A stretch of 63,176 bases of DNA, counting the filler, from Octopus bimaculoides (Eukaryota): NCBI RefSeq assembly GCF_001194135.2. It is 7 parts of 6 records of this genome, joined end to end, with 100 filler letters (N's around TTAATTAATTAA, not from the genome) between each part and the next. Parts side by side here need not be neighbours in the genome. Positions count along the whole stretch, not along the records: positions 13,270 to 23,425 come from NC_069006.1; positions 23,526 to 36,975 come from NC_069007.1; 5 more parts are not named here. One strand, 5' to 3'. Position 1 is the first letter of the stretch; each line of letters starts with the position of its first letter. Of the stretch, positions 13,270-25,438 are shown one piece after another. The notes under the pieces are model-generated. The model ran no database searches. It was not told the origin of the DNA and was given only the letters and a program-made list of their open reading frames with translations. The position numbers and the translations under genes are program-made.

Positions 13270-13390
13270 ATACCTGTGTATACTTCTACACGCATATACA
13301 TACCTTTATACATATCAGCATACATCTTACACAGCAGACACATTATGACACCTGTATACACCTGTATATGCATACTTGTATATGCATACA
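13270..13390 (-). repeat. Inverted copy of a unit of the 14690-16640 satellite
   Basis: Reverse complement of 13271-13365 matches 15844-15938 with 3 mismatches in 95 nt. Confidence 0.9.
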
Positions 13391-13889
13391 GAAACTTCGA
13401 AAACAATTTCTTTAAGAAGTTCACACACACACACACACACACACACACGTGTGTGTGTGTATATATATATTTATATTTATATAGTACACATGTATGTATG
13501 TATATGTTTCTATTACATTTATATACGTTTATACGCACATGCATACACACACACACACACACACACATACATGTATATTGGTAATTACATACACACGGAC
13601 ACACGACATAGACACCAACACACATACACGTACATGTACATGTACATACTCGCACACTTTTATTTGTTTTATATAAATATGTGTGTATATATAATATATA
13701 TATATATGAATGTATATGCATATATATATATAGAGATATATGTATTATATATGTATATAAATGTAATTACATGTGTGTATATACATGTGTGTGTGTGTAT
13801 GGTGGTGATTGTCGCCGTAGTGATGTCAGAGACGTGATATTGCTGGTATTAGGTGGTCGTGATGGTTATAGTGGTGGCAGTGGTGGTAA

Positions 13890-13933
<44 letters not shown>

Positions 13934-14324
13934 ATGGTGGTGGTGGTTGCGGTGGTAGTGTTCGTCTGCGATAATTGGAATGTCGTGTGCGTGACAGTCA
14001 GGCCTCACATTAACATATCATGTTTTCACTCTGAGGAACAAATGAAATATAAACACACGCACGCACACACACACAACAGAGAGAGAGGGGGGAGGGGGTA
14101 CNNNNNNNNNNAAATGAAATATAAACACACGCACGCACACACACACAACAGAGAGAGAGGGGGGAGGGGGTACCGAGAAATTGAGATGTATTATATTTTA
14201 CTGTAGTCTTTAAGATGTATGAAGGAACATTTATGTATATAGAAATGTATGTGTATGTGCACCAGCATGGCCGCAGCCACTTGGCTGAAACACATAAATA
14301 AATAAATAAATAAAAAATAAATAA

Positions 14325-14358
<34 letters not shown>

Positions 14359-14385
14359 CAGTGTGTGTGTATGTCTTGATGTATA

Positions 14386-14483
<98 letters not shown>

Positions 14484-14565
14484 TATGTATATGTATCCAC
14501 GCACACATATATATGTATAATTATGTGTATATATACATACAACTATATATATACATAGACAGAGT

Positions 14566-14599
<34 letters not shown>

Positions 14600-14622
14600 G
14601 ACAGACAGACAGACAGACAGAC

Positions 14623-14655
<33 letters not shown>

Positions 14656-14689
14656 GATGTGTGTATATATTATACAGATTCGTATTAAA

Positions 14690-15354
14690 GTACGTACAAG
14701 GGAATAGACGCGTGTACAGGTATTGAGAGGTACAGGTGTTATAATGTACTGTAGAGTAAGGTGAACAGAAATGTTCATAGAGGGTTTCAAAAGAGTGTAG
14801 ATTCGTACACACGTGTGTAGAATTGTGTACAGGTGTATACAAGCGTGGTACTGTAGCATAAGATGTGCGTTGATGTGTGTAAAGGTATGGAAGTACATGT
14901 AGAAGTGTGTACAGGTAAAGAGGGTTGTAAAAAACGTATAGAATCGAACGCAGGTGTGTACAGGTGTATTAATATACTGTAGCGTACAGTGTGCGTAAAA
15001 GGGCAGCTTTGGGGGAAGTGAGGATGAATCGATTACATCTTATTTTATCGACCCCGAAAGGATGAAAGGCACTGTCGACCTCAGCGGAATTTGAACTCGG
15101 AACGTAGCGACGGGCGAAATACCGCTAAGCATTTCGCCCGGCGTGCTAACGATTCTGCCAAGCTCACCGCCTTGTTTACAGGTATTATAATGTACTGTTG
15201 TGAACGTTGTGCGCTGCTGTGTGTAGAAGTATAAATAGATATAGTACAGAGAGCTGTAAGAAGGGTAGAATCGTAAGCACGTGTGCACAGGTATATACAG
15301 GTGTATACAGGTGTTATAATGTTTCTTTGGTGTAAGATGTGTGCTACTGTGTGT

Positions 15355-15400
<46 letters not shown>

Positions 15401-15410
15401 NNNNNNNNNN

Positions 15411-15450
<40 letters not shown>

Positions 15451-16640
15451 TGTGTCTGTGTGTGTGTACACACACACACACACGCACACATATATATTTA
15501 CGTGTAGAAGTGTATATAGGTAGTAGAGAGGTTGTAAAGGAGTGAAGAATCGTATGCAGGTTTATGCAGGTGTACACAGTAGTAAAAGTGTATTGTAGCG
15601 TACGATGTGTGCAGATGTGTTTAAAGGTATATAAATATGCGTTGAAGTATATGCAAGTATAGAGGATTGTGAAGGGTGTTGAATCGTGTTCAGGTGTGTA
15701 CAGGTGTTTACAGGTGCATATAGGTGTAATATTGTATTGTAGCGTACGATGTGCGTTGATGTGTGTAAAAGTATGTAAACAGGTATGGAATTATATACAG
15801 GTATACAGGGTAGTAAAGGAATGTAGATCGTATGCACGTGTGCACAGGTGTATACAGGTGTCATAATGTGTCTGCTGGTTAAGATGTGTGCTGATATGTA
15901 TAAAGGTATGTATATGCGTGTAGAAGTATACACAGGTATAGAGGGTTGTGAAGGAGTGTTGAATCGTATGCAGGTGTGTTCAGGTGTATACAACTATATA
16001 CAGGTGTCATAATGTGCTTGTTGTGTAGGATGTGTGTTGATGTGTATAAAACCATGTATATAAGTATAGAAATGTTTACTGCTGCATACAGGTATAGAGG
16101 GTTGTAAAGGAGTCTTAAATCATATGCACGTGTGCACAGGTGTTTACAGGTGTAATAATGCACTTTAGCGTACGATGTACGTAAAAGTATGGAAATACGT
16201 ATCGAAGTATAGACAGGTATAAGGAGCTGTAAAGGTGTGTAGAATCGCATGCACGTATGCAGAGGTACATACAGGTGTCATAATGTCTATCGTGTAAGAT
16301 TACGCTGATATGTATAAAGGTATGTGTATACGTGTAGAAGTGTAGACAGGTGTATACAGGTACAGAGAATTGTAAAAGAGTGTAGCGTCGAATGCCGGTG
16401 TGTATACAGGTGTATTGTAGTATAAGATATATACGAATGTTTGTGGAAATAAGGACAGGTGAGTATCTAATGCATACAGGTCTTATATTACTGCAATAGA
16501 GTAGTTTGTGTAAAGGTGTGTTCAGGTGTGCTAGATATTATATGTTTCGCATAGTATGTACAGTTGAATGCACAGGTAGTTACTGGTGTGTGCAGGTTTA
16601 TACAGGTATGTACTGATATGTCTGTGGCACTATAGTTTTA
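14690..16640 (+). repeat. Degenerate satellite, ~125-155 bp units built from ~10-bp ACAGGTGTAT subunits
   Basis: The landmark GAATCG(T/C)ATGCA recurs, with variants, near 14941, 15268, 15547, 15681, 15826, 15961, 16117, 16242 and 16387; frequent ACAGGTGT(A/G)T. Confidence 0.85.
15005..15173 (-). mobile_element. SINE family B (AAGGCGGCGAGCTGGCAGAA head) inserted in the satellite
   Basis: Reverse complement of the intact copies at 32702 and 49026. Confidence 0.9.
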
Positions 16641-16715
16641 GGTAACCATTGATAGGTGCTCAGTATTTAATTAAGGTGAAAATAGTCGACGCAAATTAGC
16701 TGAAATTGTGCATTC

Positions 16716-16887
16716 AGTGGTGATGGTAGTGGTGGTGAAGGTAGCGGTGATAGAGGGGATGGCGGGGATAGAGGAGGGGATAGTGGTTGAGCGGGTGGCA
16801 GTGATAGAAGTGGGGTGGAGATTAACGGGTGGAGAGTGACGGGTGGCGGTGATAGAGGGAGTGGCGGTATAGTGGGTGAGGATGATG
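16716..16887 (+). repeat. G-rich degenerate minisatellite (GGTGGCGGTGATAGAGGGGA-like), running into a gap
   Basis: Repeated GGTGATAGAGGG / GGATAGAGG motifs. Confidence 0.7.
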
Positions 16888-17724
16888 NNNNNNNNNNNNN
16901 NNNNNNNNNNNNNNNNNNNNNNNNNNNNNNNNNNNNNNNNNNNNNNNNNNNNNNNNNNNNNNNNNNNNNNNNNNNNNNNNNNNNNNNNNNNNNNNNNNNN
17001 NNNNNNNNNNNNNNNNNNNNNNNNNNNNNNNNNNNNNNNNNNNNNNNNNNNNNNNNNNNNNNNNNNNNNNNNNNNNNNNNNNNNNNNNNNNNNNNNNNNN
17101 NNNNNNNNNNNNNNNNNNNNNNNNNNNNNNNNNNNNNNNNNNNNNNNNNNNNNNNNNNNNNNNNNNNNNNNNNNNNNNNNNNNNNNNNNNNNNNNNNNNN
17201 NNNNNNNNNNNNNNNNNNNNNNNNNNNNNNNNNNNNNNNNNNNNNNNNNNNNNNNNNNNNNNNNNNNNNNNNNNNNNNNNNNNNNNNNNNNNNNNNNNNN
17301 NNNNNNNNNNNNNNNNNNNNNNNNNNNNNNNNNNNNNNNNNNNNNNNNNNNNNNNNNNNNNNNNNNNNNNNNNNNNNNNNNNNNNNNNNNNNNNNNNNNN
17401 NNNNNNNNNNNNNNNNNNNNNNNNNNNNNNNNNNNNNNNNNNNNNNNNNNNNNNNNNNNNNNNNNNNNNNNNNNNNNNNNNNNNNNNNNNNNNNNNNNNN
17501 NNNNNNNNNNNNNNNNNNNNNNNNNNNNNNNNNNNNNNNNNNNNNNNNNNNNNNNNNNNNNNNNNNNNNNNNNNNNNNNNNNNNNNNNNNNNNNNNNNNN
17601 NNNNNNNNNNNNNNNNNNNNNNNNNNNNNNNNNNNNNNNNNNNNNNNNNNNNNNNNNNNNNNNNNNNNNNNNNNNNNNNNNNNNNNNNNNNATGTATGCA
17701 TACATGTATGTATTTGACTGGTAT

Positions 17725-17862
17725 ATTATTTCGTCGACTTTCAGGAGGGCGGAAGGTAGCGCTGACCTCAGCAGGATTTGAACTCAGTACGTAAAGAAAC
17801 AGAGAGAATGCCGTAAAACATTTTGTCCGACGCACTAACAATTCTGATAGCTCGCTGCCTTG
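17725..17862 (-). mobile_element. SINE family B, diverged
   Basis: GGATTTGAACTCAGTACGTAAAG...CTAACAATTCTGATAGCTCGCTGCCTT. Confidence 0.8.
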
Positions 17863-17919
17863 AAAATAAAAAATACTGGTCGTCTATTCGAAAAGAAAAA
17901 AGAAAAAAAAACACCAATA

Positions 17920-18230
17920 AAAACTGGCACTCCGTCGGTTACGACGACGAGTATTCCAGTTGGTCCGATCCACAGAACAGCCTGTTCGTTGAATTAACGT
18001 GCAAATGGCTGAGCACTCCACAGACACGCGTACCCTTAACGTAGTTCTCAGGGAAATCCAGCGTGACACAGACTACGACAAGGACGACTTTTTGAATTAC
18101 AAGTACTGGTCATTTTTGCCAGGAGCAATGAGAAAAAAATGGATCTTAGTCAAGGACACAATGCGCCGCCAAGAATCGAACAACTCACGACCGTAAATCA
18201 AATACTCCAAATTACAAAGCCACGCGACTT
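17920..18230 (-). mobile_element. SINE family C or related, diverged
   Basis: GGCACTCCGTCGGTTACGACGACGAG is the reverse complement of the family C tail; degenerate tRNA head at 18145-18230. Confidence 0.75.
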
Positions 18231-18463
18231 CACCATCTGTCCCATCGAGCGACAGCAAGCTGCTGTTGCTCTACGGGACAGTGAAAAACAAGTCATGCAC
18301 TGTTGTAGAGATCTGCAGTAGAGCGGATGTGTATTATTACAGCTAAACTTTTGCGGGGACGCTGAACGTCTATGGTGACCGATTGAAGAAACTACAGCTT
18401 TTGCATCTTGGTTAGAGAGTCTCATTTGTATCTATTATTATAAGTGCACTGTATTATGTAACA

Positions 18464-18848
18464 GTGGAGGCGCAATGGCCCAGTGGTTAGGGCAGCGGAC
18501 TCGCGGTCATAGGATCGCGGTTTCGATTCCCAGACCGGGCGTTGTGAGTGTTTATTGAGCGAAAACACCTAAAGTTCCACGAGGCTCCGGCAGGGGATGG
18601 TGGCGAACCCTGCTGTACTCTTTCACCACAACTTTCTCTCACTCTTACTTCCTGTTTCTGTTGTACCTGTAATTCAAAAGGGTCAGCCTTGTCACACTGT
18701 GTCACGCTGAATATCCCCGAGAACTACGTTAAGAGTACACGTGTCTGTGGAATGCTCAGCCTCTTGCACGTTAATTTCACGAGCAGGCCGTTCCGTTGAT
18801 CGTATCAACTGGAACCCTCGACGTCGTAAGCGACGGAGTGCCAACAAC
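18464..18848 (+). mobile_element. Full-length SINE family C with 11-bp TSD
   Basis: A box TGGCCCAGTGG and B-box-like GGTTTCGATTCC; tail GACGGAGTGCCAACAAC; TSD ATTATGTAACA at 18453-18463 and 18849-18859. Confidence 0.95.
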
Positions 18849-19040
18849 ATTATGTAACAACAGGTTTACTGTATTTATTTGTAAGTTGAACAATTTTATA
18901 GTTTTTAACCGTAAAAAATTGGGTGCGACTAATACTTGGGAACCAAGCTAAAACTATGATGTGAAAAAATTTATATCAAAATTAAACTCTAAATTAGGTG
19001 TGCAACACGAGCTACAGTAATACATACATACATACATACA

Positions 19041-19850
19041 CAGGGTGCGGTGAATAAATTGTCTAAATTACGCAAAAATGAAAATAGCACTGACATCTCG
19101 TTTTAACAGATATATTTACCAAAATTATATAAAAATATCTTGAAATACTAAAGTGTAAATTTATTCAATAAAATCGCCTTTGGCTTCAACCATGGTCTCC
19201 AGACAATTTTGGAATCTCCTGCAACTCTTCTGGATGGTCTCCTTGTTTAAGTTGGTGAATGCTGCCATAATCCTTGCCTTCAGTTCATCTTTGGTCTTAC
19301 AAAGAGTTTTGTTAGTCTCTTGCTCAACTGTGCCCCACACGTAATAATCAAGGAGGTTGCAGTTTGGGGAGTTAGCTGGCCAGATGTTAGGAGTGAGATG
19401 GTCGCAGAAATTGTCTGATACCTATGGCTGGATTCTGCTACTTGTGTGACATGGTGCAGAGTCCTGTTGACAGACATAGGGTCTTCCATCAGCCACCCTC
19501 TTGACCCCAGGGCAGCACTACCTCCTCTAAGAATTTGATGTGGGCCTCCATGTTGAGTCTGAGGCCATGTGGGAAGATGAATGGAGGCATAACGTTGCAA
19601 TAACTAGTGATCACTCCAAACAGCATGATGTTGGCTGGATGTTTGATTGTTACCACTCTCGGTACATGTTTCGGAAACACGACAAGCCAACGGTTATTCT
19701 GTGTGGTCACCATCTGTTCGTATTGGAGCTTCCGGCGTGAATGCCAAGCAGTACAGCATGTCGTTTCCAAATTTCTGGCAGAGTAAATTGCATCATGGTG
19801 CTGTTTTTTTTTACAGACAGTGTCCAACTGACCCTACTATATTGTGTGGG
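19041..19850 (-). mobile_element. Internally deleted DD37D (maT) transposon
   Basis: Terminus CAGGGTGCGGTGAATAAATTG; minus-strand peptides QNNRWLVVFPKHVPRVVTIKHPANIMLFGVITS, YVXQQDSAPCHTSS and WPANSPNCNLLDYYVWGTVEQETNK. Confidence 0.9.
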
Positions 19851-20875
19851 GGGGAGGGTTTGCGTGTGAAGCATGTAAGTAGATACATTGACNNNNNNNN
19901 NNNNNNNNNNNNNNNNNNNNNNNNNNNNNNNNNNNNNNNNNNNNNNNNNNNNNNNNNNNNNNNNNNNNNNNNNNNNNNNNNNNNNNNNNNNNNNNNNNNN
20001 NNNNNNNNNNNNNNNNNNNNNNNNNNNNNNNNNNNNNNNNNNNNNNNNNNNNNNNNNNNNNNNNNNNNNNNNNNNNNNNNNNNNNNNNNNNNNNNNNNNN
20101 NNNNNNNNNNNNNNNNNNNNNNNNNNNNNNNNNNNNNNNNNNNNNNNNNNNNNNNNNNNNNNNNNNNNNNNNNNNNNNNNNNNNNNNNNNNNNNNNNNNN
20201 NNNNNNNNNNNNNNNNNNNNNNNNNNNNNNNNNNNNNNNNNNNNNNNNNNNNNNNNNNNNNNNNNNNNNNNNNNNNNNNNNNNNNNNNNNNNNNNNNNNN
20301 NNNNNNNNNNNNNNNNNNNNNNNNNNNNNNNNNNNNNNNNNNNNNNNNNNNNNNNNNNNNNNNNNNNNNNNNNNNNNNNNNNNNNNNNNNNNNNNNNNNN
20401 NNNNNNNNNNNNNNNNNNNNNNNNNNNNNNNNNNNNNNNNNNNNNNNNNNNNNNNNNNNNNNNNNNNNNNNNNNNNNNNNNNNNNNNNNNNNNNNNNNNN
20501 NNNNNNNNNNNNNNNNNNNNNNNNNNNNNNNNNNNNNNNNNNNNNNNNNNNNNNNNNNNNNNNNNNNNNNNNNNNNNNNNNNNNNNNNNNNNNNNNNNNN
20601 NNNNNNNNNNNNNNNNNNNNNNNNNNNNNNNNNNNNNNNNNNNNNNNNNNNNNNNNNNNNNNNNNNNNNNNNNNNNNNNNNNNNNNNNNNNNNNNNNNNN
20701 NNNNNNNNNNNNNNNNNNNNNNNNNNNNNNNNNNNNNNNNNNNNNNNNNNNNNNNNNNNNNNNNNNNNNNNNNNNNNNNNNNNNNNNNNNNNNNNNNNNN
20801 NNNNNNNNNNNNNNNNNNNNNNNNNNNNNNNNNNNNNNNNNNNNNNNNNNNNNNNGCGACACTAATAACTAGGCG

Positions 20876-21409
20876 TTAAAATTCGATATACAAATGCTTT
20901 AGTGAAATAGTATCAGAAAGTTTGTGAGGAACCCGCAGGTGTCGATAAATGGTCAAATGACCAAATTCAAGCTTCTCTGCTAATTCCTCAGCAGTTGCGA
21001 TGGGATTTTGTTCCACCAGGGTTTGCAGAACGTCCTTGTCGAGCTCTTCCAGGACGAGGCTGTAGTTTCCAGCTCGGAATTTCTGGAACCACTGCTGATA
21101 CTGGCTGACGCATATTGTCCGATCCCCATTAACTGCATTAATATTCCTCGGACTTTCCGTTGCGCTGTTGCCTTTATTGAACTCATAAAGCAAAATATGC
21201 CGAACATGCTCCTTTGTCACTTTCATTACAGCGATGAAAAAATAACTGTTAAAATCGAACTGCACTCTTCAAAATTTGCACTAAGAATAAGGACGAGGTA
21301 AAATAACTGTCTGCTTTTATAGCAAGAGGATGCAGGTAGTGTATCTCGTCCTCTTCCGACTTTTAGTTTATGCAATTGAAAAAACTGCATTATTTATGGG
21401 ATGACCCAA
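20876..21409 (-). mobile_element. mariner 5' fragment (TIR TTGGGTCATCCCATAAATAATGC)
   Basis: TIR ends 21409 followed by TA; peptide MKVTKEHVRHILLYEFNKGNSA..QWFQKFRAGNYSL..EELAEKL. Confidence 0.9.
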
Positions 21410-21734
21410 TACACTGTTAATTTGTCTACGTGTATGTGTCTGTCTATGTTTGCTTGTGTGCGTGNNNNNNNNNNNNNNNNNNNNNNNNNNNNNNNNNNNN
21501 NNNNNNNNNNNNNNNNNNNNNNNNNNNNNNNNNNNNNNNNNNNNNNNNNNNNNNNNNNNNNNNNNNNNNNNNNNNNNNNNNNNNNNNNNNNNNNNNNNNN
21601 NNNNNNNNNNNNNNNNNNNNNNNNNNNNNNNNNNNNNNNNNNNNNNNNNNNNNNNNNNNNNNNNNNNNNNNNNNNNNNNNNNNNNNNNNNNNNNNNNNNN
21701 NNNNNNNNNNNNNNNNNNNNNNNNNNNNNNNNNN

Positions 21735-21765
<31 letters not shown>

Positions 21766-21769
21766 TATA

Positions 21770-22175
21770 CAGGCTGCGCTGAATAAACTGTTGTGTAAAT
21801 TACGCAAAAATGAAAATAACACTGACATCTCATTTTAACAGATATATTCATCAAAATTACGTTAAACTATCTTGAAATACTAAAGAGTAAATTTATTGGA
21901 TAAAATCGCCATTGGCTTCAACCATGGCCTCCAGACAAATTCGGAATCTCCTGCAGCTCTTCTTGACAGTCTCCTTGTTTAAGTTGGTGAATGCTACCAT
22001 AATCCTTGCCTTCAACTGCACCCCGCACATAACAATCAAGAGGGTTGCCGTCTGGGGAGTTGGGTTGCCAGATGTTAGGAGTGAGATGGTTTCAGAAATT
22101 TTGATAGCCATGACTGGGTCCTCCTACTTGTGTGGCATGGTGCAGAGTCCTGTTGCCTGACATAGGGTCTTATTC
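21770..22175 (-). mobile_element. DD37D (maT) 3' fragment
   Basis: TA+CAGGCTGCGCTGAATAAA terminus; QQDSAPCHTSRRTQSWLS and LKARIMVAFTNLNKETVKKSCRRFRICLEAMVEANGDFIQ. Confidence 0.9.
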
Positions 22176-22263
22176 CTCCTTCTCTTGCACTCTCATGTCT
22201 TAGAAAGAACTTTTTCTTCACCCATTCCCTTCCGGTCATTTCAGTATGTGACCGCGTGTGTAT

Positions 22264-23194
22264 TGTCGAAACAAAACTCCGGAAGAAGACCAAAACTTTC
22301 AGAGAGGGACCGTCGGACTCTTACGCGAATTGTTAGAAAGGATCACAAAAGTACAGCTCCCAAAATTACTGCAGGGCTTAATGACCACCTCGAGAACCCA
22401 GTTTCCACAAAAACTCTTCACCGGAAGCTGCACAAAGCCGGATTTCACGGGAGGTCTGCAATCAGAAAACCACTACTTTCAAAAACAAACGTTGCAAAGC
22501 GTTTAGAATAGAGTAAAAACGACACATTTGGTCCCTAGAGCAGTGGAAGAATGTAATTTTTTCGGACGAGTGATCCTTTACCATATTTCCTACCCCGGCC
22601 GAATATACGTGTGGAGACAGCCAAAAGGAGCTTTTGACCCAGACTGCCTTCTTCCAGCTGTTAAACATGGAGGAGGATCAGTGATGATATGAGGGGCTAT
22701 ATCTTGGAAAACTGCCGGCCCAATGGTTTGCCTTCATGGCAGAATTAATAGTCAAAACTATTTAAGCAGTTTATCTGATCAAATTTATCCGATGTTTGTA
22801 GAACTGTTTCCAGAGGGAAACGTAATCATTCAGGATGATAATGCATCAATCCACACAACTAAAGTTGTTACTGAATGGCACAAGGAACATTCTAGTGAAG
22901 TTGAACATCTTACCTGGCCACCACAGTCCCCAGATCTCAATATCATTGAACATCTATGGTGCATTTTAGAAAAACAAGTAAGGAGTCGATATCCTCCACC
23001 ATCATCACTACAAGAACTGGAGACTGTTTTAGCTGAAGGCTGGACACAAATTCCTTTGGAAACAATTCAAACTTTGTATGAGTTCATACCTCGTAGAATT
23101 CAAGCTGTAATTATTGCCAAAGGCGGTCCTAGCCCATATTAAAATTAATTTGTTTGTAATTTTAAGGCGTTTTCATTATTTTATCCAACCCCAG
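22264..23194 (+). mobile_element. 5'-truncated Tc1-family element with DD36E catalytic spacing
   Basis: SGRRPKLSERDRR..IRKPLLS..VIFSDE..VKHGGGSVM..QDDNASIH..WPPQSPDLNIIEHLW..AKGGPSPY; right terminus TTATCCAACCCCAG+TA. Confidence 0.93.
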
Positions 23195-23594
23195 TATATA
23201 TATTGCGCGAGGACTCTGATTTGATACCCATACGCGCATTTTGCAAACCAGATTGGGTTAGTCTCTAAACCGTGGTGAATTCAACAAATCCAGCAAAGCC
23301 CGAAGTTGAGTTTGTGGCAAAGATTAGCACTAACTTTCTGTTATCGGTATTTTCAAAAAATGTCGCTTGTGCAACACGTTTCTGCACCGAGGAAGAGAAA
23401 TTTTCTGTCTGGGTTGTCTAACAGCNNNNNNNNNNNNNNNNNNNNNNNNNNNNNNNNNNNNNNNNNNNNTTAATTAATTAANNNNNNNNNNNNNNNNNNN
23501 NNNNNNNNNNNNNNNNNNNNNNNNNACACTTTTGTCTTTTATGCCAGACGGGTTTATGATCATTCAGTGAAATACATGCCTTGTGTTTTTCGTC

Positions 23595-23629
23595 TTGTCT
23601 TCTCCTTGTCCTGCGTCTCTCTCTCTCTT

Positions 23630-23678
<49 letters not shown>

Positions 23679-23839
23679 CTCTCTCTCACTCTCTCTCTCT
23701 CTCTCTCTCATTTTCTCTCTCTTTCTCTTTCTCTCTCTCATTTTCTCTCTTTCATTTTCTCTCTCTCATTTTCTCTCTCTCATTTTCTTTCTCTTTCTCT
23801 CTGTCTCTCTGTCTCTGTCTGTCTCTCTCTCTCTCTCTC

Positions 23840-23899
<60 letters not shown>

Positions 23900-23910
23900 T
23901 ATCTATATAC
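23595..23910. repeat. (CT)n-rich pyrimidine tract
   Basis: Direct reading. Confidence 0.9.
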
Positions 23911-24564
23911 ACACCCAGAAGTAGACTGTTGATCTTAGTTTATTTATTGGTCCCCAGTGATTAAAGGCCAATATGACCATCTGATCCTGGTGGGATTTGA
24001 ACTCAGAACAAAAGGGATCGAAGTAATGAATGCCGGCATCCATTCTGACCCGCGTTGGTTTCATTCTTGTCTTTTCGCTATCTCAAATCATATGCACACA
24101 TAAATGTCCACGCACAAGCGTGTATGTATATGTACACGCGCACGTACATATACATATACATATATATTGTATATTATATACATATATACGCGTGTGTAAT
24201 TTTGTATGTCTACATACACATAAAAACAAACACAAGTAAACACATAAACATCTTTGTGTATATATATGTATACACAAAGACGCATAAACGCATATATACA
24301 TACAAATATATATGTATGCGCATACATATATATATATGTGTGTGTATATATGCGTGTGTGTGTGTGTATAGATCCAAAATTGGAATAAGAACGTAACAGA
24401 CGACAATAAGAACATACGGACAGATAGACGATACAAAAACGGACAGAAAAAAACAAGGAAGGATCATTCGTGGCCTTCTGTTCATCAGTCAAGTTTCCAA
24501 ATCATCATTACCGTTTCAGCCTGTTACCCTTGAGACTGTTCAAAATTGGCTGATATTCTTCCCA

Positions 24565-24790
24565 CTAACATATCTTTGGACCGCTCAAAGATGATTTACG
24601 AGGTCGTCGGTTTCCTACGGATGAATATGTGAAGGAAGCGGTGCATAAATGGTTGCACGACCAACCAAAAACCTTCTTCTTGGAGGGAATATGCAAGCTT
24701 GTGGACCATTGGATGAAGTGCATTGTTTATCCCCTGCTTTTGTGTAAATACATTGAAAAAACAAGGGCGCGTATATCTTTTGACTCGTAT
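24565..24790 (+). mobile_element. mariner 3' fragment
   Basis: IFGPLKDDLRGRRFPTDEYVKEAVHKWLHDQPKTFFLEGICKLVDHWMKCI is a mariner C-terminus. Confidence 0.85.
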
Positions 24791-25396
24791 ATATACATAT
24801 ATTACATGTATGTATATATGTCATTATTCAGTTTATTTCAAGATTTCTGGCCAATAGAGAAAGAACCGGTTTCTAATCCAGATCCAAGTCTCCTTCATTG
24901 GAATTTCAACATCAGCAACAGTGTATTTTTCTATGTATGTATGTATGTGCAGCTTTGTATGTTTTATGTATGTATTTTCATATGTATGTATGTATATATG
25001 TATGTATGTACGTATGTATGTATGTATGTATGTATGTATGTATGTATGTATGTATGTATATACGTATGTATGTATATATGCATGTATGCATAGATACACA
25101 CACATAGACAGAACAAAGTGTTACATGTCACAACTCCCAATGTAAGCTTGTTTATGTCAGCTGTTCCAGGCTGTGCATTGTAATGGCGAGGTCTTGTTGT
25201 CCCACGAGAATAAAGAACGGTAATAGCACCTCCCCCCACCACCACCACCACCACCACTCCACCAACATCACCATGGCCATCATCATCTTCATCGTCGTCG
25301 TCGTCGTCGTCATTGTCATCATTATTGTCACAGTCATCGCCGTCGCCATCTTTGTTAATAACATTTCCTTCACGTGTTTAGCTGTTGTGCTTATTA

Positions 25397-25438
<42 letters not shown>

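Noticed and set aside
14040-14172. ~61-bp direct duplication
   Set aside because: The copies flank a 10-N gap; an unmerged contig overlap.
18464-18540. tRNA gene
   Set aside because: The tRNA-like region is a SINE head with body, tail and TSD; no complete cloverleaf.
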